This document shows positions 8,886-18,287 of a DNA stretch of 64,000 bases, one piece after another; position 1 is the first letter of the stretch; every line of letters begins with the position of its first letter. The notes beneath the pieces are model-generated. The model did no database searches. It saw only the letters and a program-made list of their open reading frames with translations, and was not told the origin of the DNA. The stretch comes from an uncultured delta proteobacterium (GTDB lineage: Bacteria; Myxococcota_A; Polyangia; Fen-1088), in the NCBI GenBank assembly GCA_963755125.1, contig CAVWIP010000002.1, forward strand, positions 96,001 through 160,000, read 5' to 3'. The position numbers and the translations under genes are program-made.

Positions 8886-10466
8886 CTACGAGGAATCTTG
8901 GGGGTGCGAGCCGCGAAGGAGCTTGCGCCAGAATCTTCGCAGCAGATCGCGCTCCTCGACGGCGAGACCGAGCGCGAGGAGCGTGAGCCCGTAGCCGGCC
9001 AAGATGACGGTAGCCTGAAGAAGCACGCGGCCTAGCGCGGGCAGGTCAAGCGCGCCCACGGCAAATTCCGCCAGCAGCAACGCCACCGCCCCGGCCGCCA
9101 GGGCCTTGAAGAACCCCCTCGAAAACGGATGCACGCGATAGAGCAGGGCCACCTCAACGACCTGCAGAGTTTGCATAAGGGCCACCGAGGAGGCAGAGGA
9201 GAGCGCGGCGCCCAGCACGCCCATGCGGGGAATGAGCAGACAACAAAGTGTCACGTTCATGCTGGCGGCAATCAGGTTGTTGATCAGGACCAGGCGCGAG
9301 CGCCCGGACATGGCGATCACCCAGCCGGTCAAGCCGAGCGTTCCATTGAGCAGATGCCCGAGCAGCAGAACCACCAGCACTGGGCCAGCGGCCGCGAAGG
9401 CCTGGGGGAAGAAGCGCAGCAGATCGTTGCGAAACACGATCATCGCCACCAGCAGCGGAACCGTGATGAGCGTGGTCCATCGGGTCATGAGCCGCAGGTT
9501 GTAGCGAAGCCGCTCCAAGTCCTGCAGGCGCAGCGCCTCGGAAAGCACGGGCGAGGCCACCGGATCGAAGGCGTAGCGAATGTTGGAGGCAATTCGACTG
9601 AGAGCTTCGGCGCCGGCATAGATGCCCAAGGTTTCCGGGCCGGCAAAGAACGCGATGAGGATGACGTCGGTTCGTTGCAGGATGGAATTGAGGAACTCCG
9701 ATATCCCCATCAAGACCGAGAAGCGAACCATCTCGCCGTGAAAGAACGGCGCGGGCGCTGCGCCGCCTGCGCCCGCGGCGGGCCACAGCGCGTGGGAGAA
9801 AGGCATGGCACGAAAGACGCGCGCAGCCGACCAGAAGGCCAGCGCGAGGGTGAGTGCCATGGCCAGCACATGGGCGGCGCACAGACCGCCCAGGGTGGGC
9901 GCGATCGTCCCGAGCAAGACGGCCAGCAAGAGCAACGACAGCGGCTGGGTGATCCCGCGGACCAGGAGATTGTAGCGCATGGTCTTGGCGCCCATGGTGG
10001 CGGAAATCAGCACCAGGATGAGCGCGGAGCAGGGCAGGCTGGGGGCCAAGTATCGGATCGCCGTGGCCACTTCCGGCTTGCCCTGCAAGGCGGCCAGCGG
10101 CCCCGCGAACAAGAAGGCGAGCAACGCCAGCGACACACTCGCCCCGAGCGTGAGCCAAAAAGCAGTGCGCAGCGATCGCTCCTCCAACTCGGCCTCGCCC
10201 GCCACCCGGTGGGAAGCGATGTGCCGGAGCAATCCCTTGTCGGTGCCGAGCGGGCTCAGGCGCAAGAGCGGCTCGGCGCAACTCACAGCCCAGCGGTAGA
10301 AACCATAGAACGTGGTCCCGAAGAGATGGGCCGCCACAGGGTGAAAGGCGGCTTCGGACAGGCTCGCCAGGATGGCCAGGAAGTTGGTGCCAGCACCAAC
10401 GGCCGCGTAGCGCGCGTCCTGCCGACGATCCGCGCTGGCGGGCGACGGGCCTTGCTCCGCAGGCAT
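8886..10466 (-). CDS. Polysaccharide flippase (Wzx/MOP superfamily)
   Basis: Real start MPAEQG at 10466 overlapping the asnB stop; multiple TM helices; RTDVILIAFF..LGIY, LLIPRMGVLGAA. Confidence 0.85.
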   Translation of the reverse strand: MPAEQGPSPASADRRQDARYAAVGAGTNFLAILASLSEAAFHPVAAHLFGTTFYGFYRWAVSCAEPLLRLSPLGTDKGLLRHIASHRVAGEAELEERSLRTAFWLTLGASVSLALLAFLFAGPLAALQGKPEVATAIRYLAPSLPCSALILVLISATMGAKTMRYNLLVRGITQPLSLLLLAVLLGTIAPTLGGLCAAHVLAMALTLALAFWSAARVFRAMPFSHALWPAAGAGGAAPAPFFHGEMVRFSVLMGISEFLNSILQRTDVILIAFFAGPETLGIYAGAEALSRIASNIRYAFDPVASPVLSEALRLQDLERLRYNLRLMTRWTTLITVPLLVAMIVFRNDLLRFFPQAFAAAGPVLVVLLLGHLLNGTLGLTGWVIAMSGRSRLVLINNLIAASMNVTLCCLLIPRMGVLGAALSSASSVALMQTLQVVEVALLYRVHPFSRGFFKALAAGAVALLLAEFAVGALDLPALGRVLLQATVILAGYGLTLLALGLAVEERDLLRRFWRKLLRGSHPQDSS

Positions 10467-12448
10467 CAACCGGCGCCTCGCGTGCAAGGGCGACCTGGGC
10501 TCGCCCCCGTGGCATCGCCTGCCTCGCTGGCCAGCCGATCGGCGGTCTTCGCCATCGCGCTCTGAAAGTGCGAGCGGCCGTCCACCAGTTCGCGGTGCCA
10601 CTGTTCCAGGACCACCAAGTTCCAGATGCGCTCGCCGTGATCCTCGCCGGCCGCGTGACGAGCCAGCAGGCGCTCGACCGCGCTGATGTCGAAGAGATCT
10701 CGCCGGCGCGCCTCGGGCGACAAGAGCAGTTCGCGCGCAAACGAACGCAAAGGTCCAGCGAACCAGCCGCGCGTGGGCGAGGCGAACCCTTTCTTGCGCC
10801 GGCCGCGGATTGCCGGCGGCACCAGATCGGCAAAGGCTTGCTTGAGAATGTACTTGCCTTTTCCGCGACGAAGCTTGAGCCGGCCGGGCAGGGCCGCGCC
10901 CAGTTCCATCACCGCGTGATCGACGAACGGGGCACGCGCCTCCAGCCCGAAAGTCATGCTGGCAATGTCCACCTTGGCGAAGATGTCGTCGGGAAGATAG
11001 GTGCGGACATCGAGATCGCAAAAGCGGCCCACGTTGTCGCGCGCGGCGCTGGCCTGCAGGTGCTGGCAGAACAGCGCGTGCGCGGGGTCCGACGCCAACG
11101 ACTCGCGCAGCTTCGGACCATAGAGCGCCTTCTGCTCCTCGCGCGAGAAGTGGCAAATCAGCGACAGGTAGCGTGCGGCATCGTCTTCGGCCAGGCGGCG
11201 GCCGAAAACCCGGATCGCGTGGGCGCGGGCACCGGGCGTGGCCTGCAAAGCCAGGCGTGCGAGCAAGGCCAGCGGGCGGGGCCATGACGACAGCCGGGCC
11301 GCCAGATCGCCCCACAGGTAGCGACGATAGCCGCCAAACGATTCGTCGCCGCCGTCTCCGGACAGCGCCACCGTGACGTGCTTGCGGGTCATCTCGCACA
11401 GATAGCGCGTGGGCAAGGTCGAGGTGTCCGCGAAGGGCTCGCCGTGGTGGCGGACGATGCTGGGCAGAAGGCGGGTCATGTCCGGGTCCACGACCAGCTC
11501 GTGGTGGTCGGTGCCGAAGCGCCGCGCGATCGTGCGCGCGAAGGGCAACTCGTCCACCTCGGCGCCCACGAAGCCGACCGAGAAGGTTTGCACGGGCCGG
11601 CTGCTCGCGCGCGCCATGCAAGCCACCACGATGGAAGAATCCAGGCCGCCCGAGAGGAACGCGCCCAAGGGCACGTCCGACATGAGACGCACGCGAACCG
11701 CGTCCTCGACCGCTGCGCGCACCCGCTCGGCCGCTTCCCTTTCGTCAAGAGCATCCAGCGTGGGCTGGTGGCTGAGTTGATAGTAGCGGCGCACGCGCGG
11801 CTCGCCCCCGCAGCCGATCTCCAGCAGACAGCCGGCCGGGAGCTTGTTGATCTGCCGGAATATGCTGTCGGGCGCGGGCACATATTGCAACGACAGGTAG
11901 AGATCGACCGCCGCGGGCGAGACATCGGCGGCGGTGCCCGGATCAGCCAGCAGGGCCGCCAATTCCGAGGCAAAGGCAAACCCGTCCGGGCGCTGGGTGT
12001 AGTACAGGGGCTTTTCCCCGAATCGATCGCGGGCCAGCAGCAGCCGGCGCGCCTTCACGTCATAGATGGCCAGCGCGAACATTCCGCGCAGAAGTTCGGG
12101 CACGCGATCGCCGACCTCCTCGTACAGATGGGCCACCACCTCGGAGTCACTGTGGCTGTGAAAACGATGTCCCTTCTTCTCCAGATCGCCGCGCAACTCC
12201 TGGTGATTGTAGATCTCGCCGTTGACCACGATCGCGACTTGACCGTCCTCGTTGGTCATGGGCTGCAGTCCGGCTGGGGACAGATCGATGATGGACAGGC
12301 GCCGGTGGGCCAGGGCCGCCGGACCGTCGAAGAAGAAGCCGCCACCGTCGGGACCGCGATGGATCATGGCTGCGGCAAAGCGTTGGACGATGCGTGGATC
12401 AAGGTGCACGTCACCCTGTCTGGCGAGAAAGCCGGCTATTCCGCACAC
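10466..12448 (-). CDS. asnB: Asparagine synthase (glutamine-hydrolysing)-like amidotransferase
   Basis: CGIAG N-terminus, HRGPD, NGEIYN, RDRFGEKPLYY, LSGGLDSS, SGDGGDE, KKGF. Confidence 0.93.
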   Translation of the reverse strand: MCGIAGFLARQGDVHLDPRIVQRFAAAMIHRGPDGGGFFFDGPAALAHRRLSIIDLSPAGLQPMTNEDGQVAIVVNGEIYNHQELRGDLEKKGHRFHSHSDSEVVAHLYEEVGDRVPELLRGMFALAIYDVKARRLLLARDRFGEKPLYYTQRPDGFAFASELAALLADPGTAADVSPAAVDLYLSLQYVPAPDSIFRQINKLPAGCLLEIGCGGEPRVRRYYQLSHQPTLDALDEREAAERVRAAVEDAVRVRLMSDVPLGAFLSGGLDSSIVVACMARASSRPVQTFSVGFVGAEVDELPFARTIARRFGTDHHELVVDPDMTRLLPSIVRHHGEPFADTSTLPTRYLCEMTRKHVTVALSGDGGDESFGGYRRYLWGDLAARLSSWPRPLALLARLALQATPGARAHAIRVFGRRLAEDDAARYLSLICHFSREEQKALYGPKLRESLASDPAHALFCQHLQASAARDNVGRFCDLDVRTYLPDDIFAKVDIASMTFGLEARAPFVDHAVMELGAALPGRLKLRRGKGKYILKQAFADLVPPAIRGRRKKGFASPTRGWFAGPLRSFARELLLSPEARRRDLFDISAVERLLARHAAGEDHGERIWNLVVLEQWHRELVDGRSHFQSAMAKTADRLASEAGDATGASPGRPCTRGAG

Positions 12449-13590
12449 GGCGGTAGTCCCTTCTCGGCCAGCAAGGCATCGTAGAGCGCCACCGTTTCCG
12501 CCAGCACCCTCTCCTGCCTGAAGCTTGCGGCCACATGCGCGCGTCCGCGTTCACCCATGCGCCGGAGTTGCTCGACCGGGGTCTCGATGAGGAGGCCCAG
12601 CCCCTCGGCCAGCGAACGCAGCCCGAGGGTAGGGACTTCGATCCCGCTCTCCCCAGGAAGCACGATGCGATCGACGTTGGCGGCGTGAGACACCAGAGCC
12701 GGCAGGCCGCTGGCGTGCCCTTCCAGGACGGCGTTGGGCAGCCCTTCCCACAGTGAAGGAAGCAGCAGGGCATCGGCCGCGTGATAGAGCGTGGGCATGT
12801 CGGTCACCGCGCCCAGGCGCACCAGATGCCGGTCCACGCCCAAGAATTTTGCCAGACGCCAGGTCAACGCCGTGTAGAGATGATCGCGCTCGCGGCCGGC
12901 CAGGAGCACGCGCACTTTGCCGGGCAGCCGGCCGCGCCGCTTGAGCCGCGCGAGTGCGCGCACCAGGCCCATGTGATTTTTCTGCAGGCTGATCCGACCT
13001 GAAAGAAGCAGCACCAGATCGTCGTGCGCCAGGCGGTATCGCGCGCGGGCTGCAGCCCGCTCCCCGGCGGAGGGTGGATGGAAACGTTCGAGGTCGATGA
13101 AGTTGTGGATGACCTGGATCTTGGAGTCCGGAACCCGCGCCCAGCGCCTCAGCTCGTGGCGCACGCCCTGGGAATTGGCCAGCACGCGATCCGAGCGACG
13201 CGAGAGGTACCATTCGGTCAGAAGATAGAGGGGGTTGATGGCGCGGTTGCGCACGCTGGTGACGGCAACCGGAACCGGCGCACGCCGCAACGCCAGCCGC
13301 GCCAGGAAGTTCGCCTTGTCCCGATAACTGTGCAGGATGCTCGGCTTCTCCTCACGCAGGACTTCTTGCAAACGCCGCAGACCTTTGCGTCCCAGCCGGC
13401 GCACCCCGAGAACGTGGCGCGGCTCACCCGCGGGCAAGAGATTGCGGTAGTGAATCTCGTCGTTCCAGAGACAGAGCACCGGCGCAAAGCGAGGTGGCAG
13501 TTTCCTGGCCAGCTCGAGGATCTGCCTTTCCGCTCCGCCCTGCTGCAGGTTCGGAATGAGAAGCATGACTTTGTGCGAGTTCTCGGCCAT
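12436..13590 (-). CDS. Glycosyltransferase family 4
   Basis: LQQGGAERQ, LLLPSLWEGLPNAVLEG; paralog of 6844-8040. Confidence 0.9.
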   Translation of the reverse strand: MAENSHKVMLLIPNLQQGGAERQILELARKLPPRFAPVLCLWNDEIHYRNLLPAGEPRHVLGVRRLGRKGLRRLQEVLREEKPSILHSYRDKANFLARLALRRAPVPVAVTSVRNRAINPLYLLTEWYLSRRSDRVLANSQGVRHELRRWARVPDSKIQVIHNFIDLERFHPPSAGERAAARARYRLAHDDLVLLLSGRISLQKNHMGLVRALARLKRRGRLPGKVRVLLAGRERDHLYTALTWRLAKFLGVDRHLVRLGAVTDMPTLYHAADALLLPSLWEGLPNAVLEGHASGLPALVSHAANVDRIVLPGESGIEVPTLGLRSLAEGLGLLIETPVEQLRRMGERGRAHVAASFRQERVLAETVALYDALLAEKGLPPCAE

Positions 13591-13739
13591 CGGGCTCACT
13601 GAGGCGGGAACGCTTGAGGCACTCGCACCCCTGTGCTGGAACCCTCTGCAATCCAGGGACCAGGCATCCAGCTCCGCAGATCCTTGACACAGCCCGCGGC
13701 CAGTGTCGAATCTTCGTCAGACCCTGGGCAAATTCCACC

Positions 13740-13751
13740 CAGGCTACCGCC
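13740..13751 (-). promoter_or_regulatory. ops-like element GGCGGTAGCCTG upstream of polysaccharide operon
   Basis: Minus-strand match to the RfaH ops consensus GGCGGTAGnnTG, ~150 bp upstream of the first GT4; overlaps a 24-bp near-palindrome at 13744-13767. Confidence 0.4.
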
Positions 13752-13806
13752 TCTCGAGAGGTGGTAGTTGGTTGAGCGGCCGGCGTGACGGCGGCGGGGC
13801 CGGAGG

Positions 13807-13850
13807 CCGGTGGCCGGTACCGGTTCCGGTGGCCGGTCCCGGTTCCGGTA
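13807..13850. repeat. CCGGT-rich 19-bp tandem repeat (about 2.3 copies)
   Basis: ccggtggccggtaccggtt / ccggtggccggtcccggtt / ccggta. Confidence 0.7.
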
Positions 13851-13891
13851 CCCGGCACCAGTCACGGATCTTCAAGAGGCGGTACTGGCGC

Positions 13892-15238
13892 TCACTTGGC
13901 CTGACTGGGTGTGCCCGCGAGCGCCGGGTTCAGGGCGGCCGCGCCGGGAAGCGGGGCGAGGCTGAACCACACGGGCTTGGCGATCTGGTTAGACTGGAGT
14001 TGCACCGCTCTTGTCCACGCAGCGGCATCGGCAATCGGGCTGGCGCGATCCCAGGCCGTGCCCACGTAATAGGTCAGCGGGCCGTTCTTCGGGGCGGGCG
14101 CGATCAGCAGGTAGTCGAGGTCGGTCTGCTGTGCCTCGCTGCGCGAGCCGGGCGGAAGAACGATGGCACATCCGAGGTTGCCACTCGCGCCGCCGTTGAG
14201 CGGCTCCCAAACCCGCATCCAGCCGGCCTGGCCGTCGACTTCCACCACGCCTCCGGGGTGTTTCGAGATGCCGAGCCCGAGGGACAACCCGCCCTTGCCT
14301 CCTTTGAAGGTGCTCTCGAAGCGATTGAAGTGCGAACCGGCATCGAGGGTCACGCGCTTGGTCTCGGTCACGCGCGTGCCGCCGGGGCCCCAGGCGGCGT
14401 AGCTGAGCTCGAACATGAGACGGATGGGACCGTTGGCCAGCACGCGCGAGCCGATGAAGTTCTTCGACACGTGCAGCTTGCCGCCCGACCAGATACCCAA
14501 CCCGCCGCAGCCCCGCGATTTGCCCACCGCATAGAAGTCTGCGCCTTCGCCGTGGTCCTGGTGATAGTCGTCCGTCATGTACCATTCGTTGACCACCAGC
14601 TTGGGCACGCGCTTGACCCAAACGTCCACGCCGCTGGAGGTGAGCGGGTCCTTCTTCCAGATTTCCAGGTCAGGCCCGTACATGCGGTGAGCGACGACGT
14701 CGTTCTCCCACGCGAAGTCGTCGTGCCGCTCGCGCACGAAGCGACCGTAGACCTTGTAGTTTGCCTCGGCGGCCAGACCGCGTTCCGCGACCCGCAGCCG
14801 GAACGCCTTGCTCTCGTTCGGGCCGAAGTCGGCCTGAAAGACGATCTGGTCAGGCGTCTCGTCGCCGTCCGTGTCGACCAACTGGGAAAGTACCGGCTTA
14901 CCCTGCGCGTCGACCACCTGGATCTTCTTGATATCCAGCCCGGGCACCAGCTTGATCAGGTCAACCGCCGCGAGTTCGACGGTCTCGGCGCTTCGGCGCG
15001 TGTCCAGCGGATTGGTCAGGGTCAACACCATCACGTCCGCCTTGTCGGCGACGGGGCTGGATGGGACGGCAGCAGGTGCTGCCGGCGCGGGCGCAGGAGC
15101 AGCGGCCTCGGCCTTGGGCGGAGGCGCGACCGGCGCTGGCGTTTGTGACGGACTCGCGGGCGGAGCGGACGCGCAAGCAGGCGCGAGCGAGCCAACCAGC
15201 GCGAACACGAGGACGCAACGAGTTTTGATGGTTTTCAT
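13892..15238 (-). CDS. DUF4861 family lipoprotein
   Basis: Lipobox APAC; GRFVRERHDDFAWENDVVAHRMYGP, SSGVDVWVK, DYHQDHGEGADFYAVGKSRGCGG, NGPIR. Confidence 0.85.
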   Translation of the reverse strand: MKTIKTRCVLVFALVGSLAPACASAPPASPSQTPAPVAPPPKAEAAAPAPAPAAPAAVPSSPVADKADVMVLTLTNPLDTRRSAETVELAAVDLIKLVPGLDIKKIQVVDAQGKPVLSQLVDTDGDETPDQIVFQADFGPNESKAFRLRVAERGLAAEANYKVYGRFVRERHDDFAWENDVVAHRMYGPDLEIWKKDPLTSSGVDVWVKRVPKLVVNEWYMTDDYHQDHGEGADFYAVGKSRGCGGLGIWSGGKLHVSKNFIGSRVLANGPIRLMFELSYAAWGPGGTRVTETKRVTLDAGSHFNRFESTFKGGKGGLSLGLGISKHPGGVVEVDGQAGWMRVWEPLNGGASGNLGCAIVLPPGSRSEAQQTDLDYLLIAPAPKNGPLTYYVGTAWDRASPIADAAAWTRAVQLQSNQIAKPVWFSLAPLPGAAALNPALAGTPSQAK

Positions 15239-15538
15239 GAGGGCGAATTATCGCCGAAGTCTCCACGGGAAAGAACAGAAAGTTGGACGCGCCCCTTTGT
15301 CGGCGCGACACAGCCCATCCGCCCCCCGTGCTCTACGATCGGGTTGGCCGCGGAGATTCGCTGGCGCGCAGATTCGCTGGCGACGCTTGACTCGGCGAGC
15401 GCCCGCGGGCATCGTTCGCCGCGTGGTTTTGAGTTGGCGCTGTCCGCCGCGATCGACGGCTCTGGCGCTGTGACCGGGCCCGATGCGCAACCGGATCGCC
15501 TGTGCCCGTTTCGTCCGACGGGTCAGTGGCTGCGGTCC

Positions 15539-16843
15539 TCACCACGTAAACAACATGCCGCTGTTGGCGATGTAATCGACCTGCTTCTGACCCAGGTACC
15601 ACGCGAAGTTGGCGCGGAACAGGTCCACGTCGAGGTGAAGCCAGGGCTTGACATGATAAACGGCGCCGCATGAGAAGCCCTGCTGGTACTTGATAACACT
15701 ATTGAGAAGGTATCCGGTGCTGGGATCAACCACGTGGTCGTCGGCGTTCATGAAGATCTGGGTAATACCCCAAGCCGCTGAGACGTCCACGCGGCCCAGG
15801 ACGGCCATCGATTGCACGTAGTACCCATCGGACTTGCGCAATTGACCTTCCTGGTCAACCGAGGCATCGCTGACCTCCATGGCGTAGTACAGCCCAAGAC
15901 CGTACCCGTAGTAACCAGCAGCCCCCAAACGAAGCGGACCCAGCTCAAGGCGTCCGCCATATCCAACACCCTTCGCCGTCACGCTGTCCGAGTCCGGAGC
16001 CCATGTCTTATACACTCTTTGATAGGTTCCGCTGCCGAAGAGAACAAATTTTCCCACTTTGCCGATAGGCCGTTCGAAGGTCAATTCGGCTTCTGGTCGC
16101 GCCCACTTGGTTCGCGTCCCGGCTTCATCAAGTTGGGCAGGATCGAAGGCCCCGACGGTGAGCTGCAGGCCACCGAGGACCGGCGTCGCATAAACGACGC
16201 CGGCCGAGAATCCGCTGCCAAGCAGGCCAAATCCGCTCTGACCTTGCGTCGGGCCATTGGAATCAACCGCCTCGGGATAACCTACGCCGTATCCGTGGCC
16301 GTAGAGAATGTCGATCTCCGTGTTGCCGCGCACGAACAACTCACTCGATCGGCCCACCATCAAGCTGCCCCATGCCCCCTCTAGCTTGACGTAGCCCTGT
16401 CTCACGTCAGCGTAGTTGATCTGGGTTTGTTGTTGGTTCACGCTTTCCACCCAAGCCCAAAACTGGATGTATCCTGTGACGCTTGTGCGTTCGGTGATGC
16501 GGTCCCTCACTCCGATGCCAAATGTATTTCCGATCATTCCGCTGCGAATCCGCATGCTTTCGATTGTTCCTTGCGGCGTTTGACCGGTTCCACTGGTCGC
16601 CGGCTGGGAAGCGTCCGCGGACATTCCGCCACCCTTGACGGTGTACTCGGGTGCCTGGGTTACTGCGCTCACTGGCGCATTGGGGTACGCGTCGCCTCGA
16701 ACGTAACTGACGAAGGCGCCCACTCGACCATCGCTGTAAACCGTCCAATCGCCATTCTTGGAGAGCACATCTTCAGCTGCCGCATTTTTCGGAAAAAGGC
16801 AGCAGGCGAGAGCGAATGAGCAAAGAACGGCAGATGTCTTCAC
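15539..16843 (-). CDS. Porin-like outer membrane beta-barrel (copy 2)
   Basis: Signal peptide ending NAAA; YSDGRVGAF, RQGYVKLEGAWGSLMVGR; C-terminal FTW; start taken as GTG 16843. Confidence 0.8.
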   Translation of the reverse strand: MKTSAVLCSFALACCLFPKNAAAEDVLSKNGDWTVYSDGRVGAFVSYVRGDAYPNAPVSAVTQAPEYTVKGGGMSADASQPATSGTGQTPQGTIESMRIRSGMIGNTFGIGVRDRITERTSVTGYIQFWAWVESVNQQQTQINYADVRQGYVKLEGAWGSLMVGRSSELFVRGNTEIDILYGHGYGVGYPEAVDSNGPTQGQSGFGLLGSGFSAGVVYATPVLGGLQLTVGAFDPAQLDEAGTRTKWARPEAELTFERPIGKVGKFVLFGSGTYQRVYKTWAPDSDSVTAKGVGYGGRLELGPLRLGAAGYYGYGLGLYYAMEVSDASVDQEGQLRKSDGYYVQSMAVLGRVDVSAAWGITQIFMNADDHVVDPSTGYLLNSVIKYQQGFSCGAVYHVKPWLHLDVDLFRANFAWYLGQKQVDYIANSGMLFTW

Positions 16844-16949
16844 AAGATGTCGACAGTTGGACCCCGCCGGCGCATGCAGAGGTTGGTGTCGTGCTGCAGG
16901 CGGCTGCTGCGAGCAGCGTAGAACCTGCCGGCAGCAACCAGACAGCCGA

Positions 16950-18251
16950 TCACCAAGTAAACAGCATGCCGCTGTTGGCGATGTAGTCGACTTGTTTTTC
17001 GTCGCCATAGTACCAGACGAAGTTGGCACGGAATAGGTCGACGTCGATGTGAAGCCAGGGCTTGACGTGGTAGACGGCGCCGCACGAAATGCCCTGCTGG
17101 TACTTGATCAGGTCAAAAGAGGGGTAACCCGTGGCAGCGACAATCATGCCGTCGTCGGCGGTCCGGAAGACACTTGTCCTGCCCCAGCCGGCTGAGACGT
17201 CCACCTTGCCCAAGACGACCATCGCGAGCACAGAGTACCCAGCGATCCAGCGCAATTGGTTTGTCTGACTGACTGCGGCCGCACTTGATTCCAGGGTGTT
17301 GTACAGCCCGAGACCGCGTCCATAGTGGCCAGAAACGCCCAGGCGAGCTGGACCCAGCTCAAGACGGCCGCCAAAGGCGATCCCCTTCGCCGACGTGCTG
17401 TACTGCGAGACGTCCGGCTCACCTAGCACGTATAACTTCTCGTAGAGTGCGCTGGTGAAGAGAACAACCTTTCCCATCTGGCCGATGGGCTGCGTGAAGG
17501 TCAGCTCGCCCTCTGGCCGCACCCACTTCGTCCGAGGCCACGCGCCCACGATCACTGCTGGATCGAAGATGCCAATGTTTAGCTGTAGGCCGGCAAGCAC
17601 GGGCGTCCCATAAACCACGCCCGACGCGAACCAGCTCCCCAAGATGCCGAATCCGACTTGACCTTGCGTCGGACCGTTGGAATCGACCCCAGAGGCGCCG
17701 GGATAGCCGACGCCGTAGCCGTGGGCGTAGAGAAGGTCATTGTCGGTGTTACCGCGCGAGAACAGCCCCCTCGACCGGCCCACGAGCAAACTGCCCCAGC
17801 CCCCTTCCAGTTTGACGTAACCCTGCCTGACGTCCGCAGTGTTGATCTGGCTCTTGTCTTCACCGAGGCTTTCAACCCAGGCCCAGACCTGGATGTAGGC
17901 CTTTGCCGTCGTCCCCTCGGTGACGGGAGCCCTTACCCCGAATCCGAAGGTGTTTCCGATCACTCCGCTGCGAATTCGCATGCGTTCGATTGTCTGACTC
18001 GAATTCGCGTCTCCTTGCGTGCCGCCGTCGCCACTCGGCAGTTGCATTTGCGTAGTTTGCGCGGGGATCGGTAACGCATCGCCATGAAGGTAGCTGACAA
18101 AGGCGCCTGCTCGCCCGTCGCTGTACACCGTGAAGTCGCCGTCCTGGGACAGGATCTTCTCGGCCGCTGCATGTTTCACAAAGAGCGAAGAGGCGAGGGC
18201 GAATGAACAGAGAACGACAAATACCTTCGCAGACGAGAACTGTGACCTCAC
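16950..18251 (-). CDS. Porin-like outer membrane beta-barrel (copy 1)
   Basis: Paralog of 15539-16843; shared C-terminus QVDYIANSGMLFTW; AGGAG RBS. Confidence 0.8.
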   Translation of the reverse strand: MRSQFSSAKVFVVLCSFALASSLFVKHAAAEKILSQDGDFTVYSDGRAGAFVSYLHGDALPIPAQTTQMQLPSGDGGTQGDANSSQTIERMRIRSGVIGNTFGFGVRAPVTEGTTAKAYIQVWAWVESLGEDKSQINTADVRQGYVKLEGGWGSLLVGRSRGLFSRGNTDNDLLYAHGYGVGYPGASGVDSNGPTQGQVGFGILGSWFASGVVYGTPVLAGLQLNIGIFDPAVIVGAWPRTKWVRPEGELTFTQPIGQMGKVVLFTSALYEKLYVLGEPDVSQYSTSAKGIAFGGRLELGPARLGVSGHYGRGLGLYNTLESSAAAVSQTNQLRWIAGYSVLAMVVLGKVDVSAGWGRTSVFRTADDGMIVAATGYPSFDLIKYQQGISCGAVYHVKPWLHIDVDLFRANFVWYYGDEKQVDYIANSGMLFTW

Positions 18252-18287
18252 GGATGTCTCCTGTGGATGGGGGAAGGAAGGTGACAG

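Noticed and set aside
10467..11621. 911-aa fused ORF (8886-11621)
   Set aside because: The N-terminal part is a shadow frame over asnB; the flippase starts at 10466.
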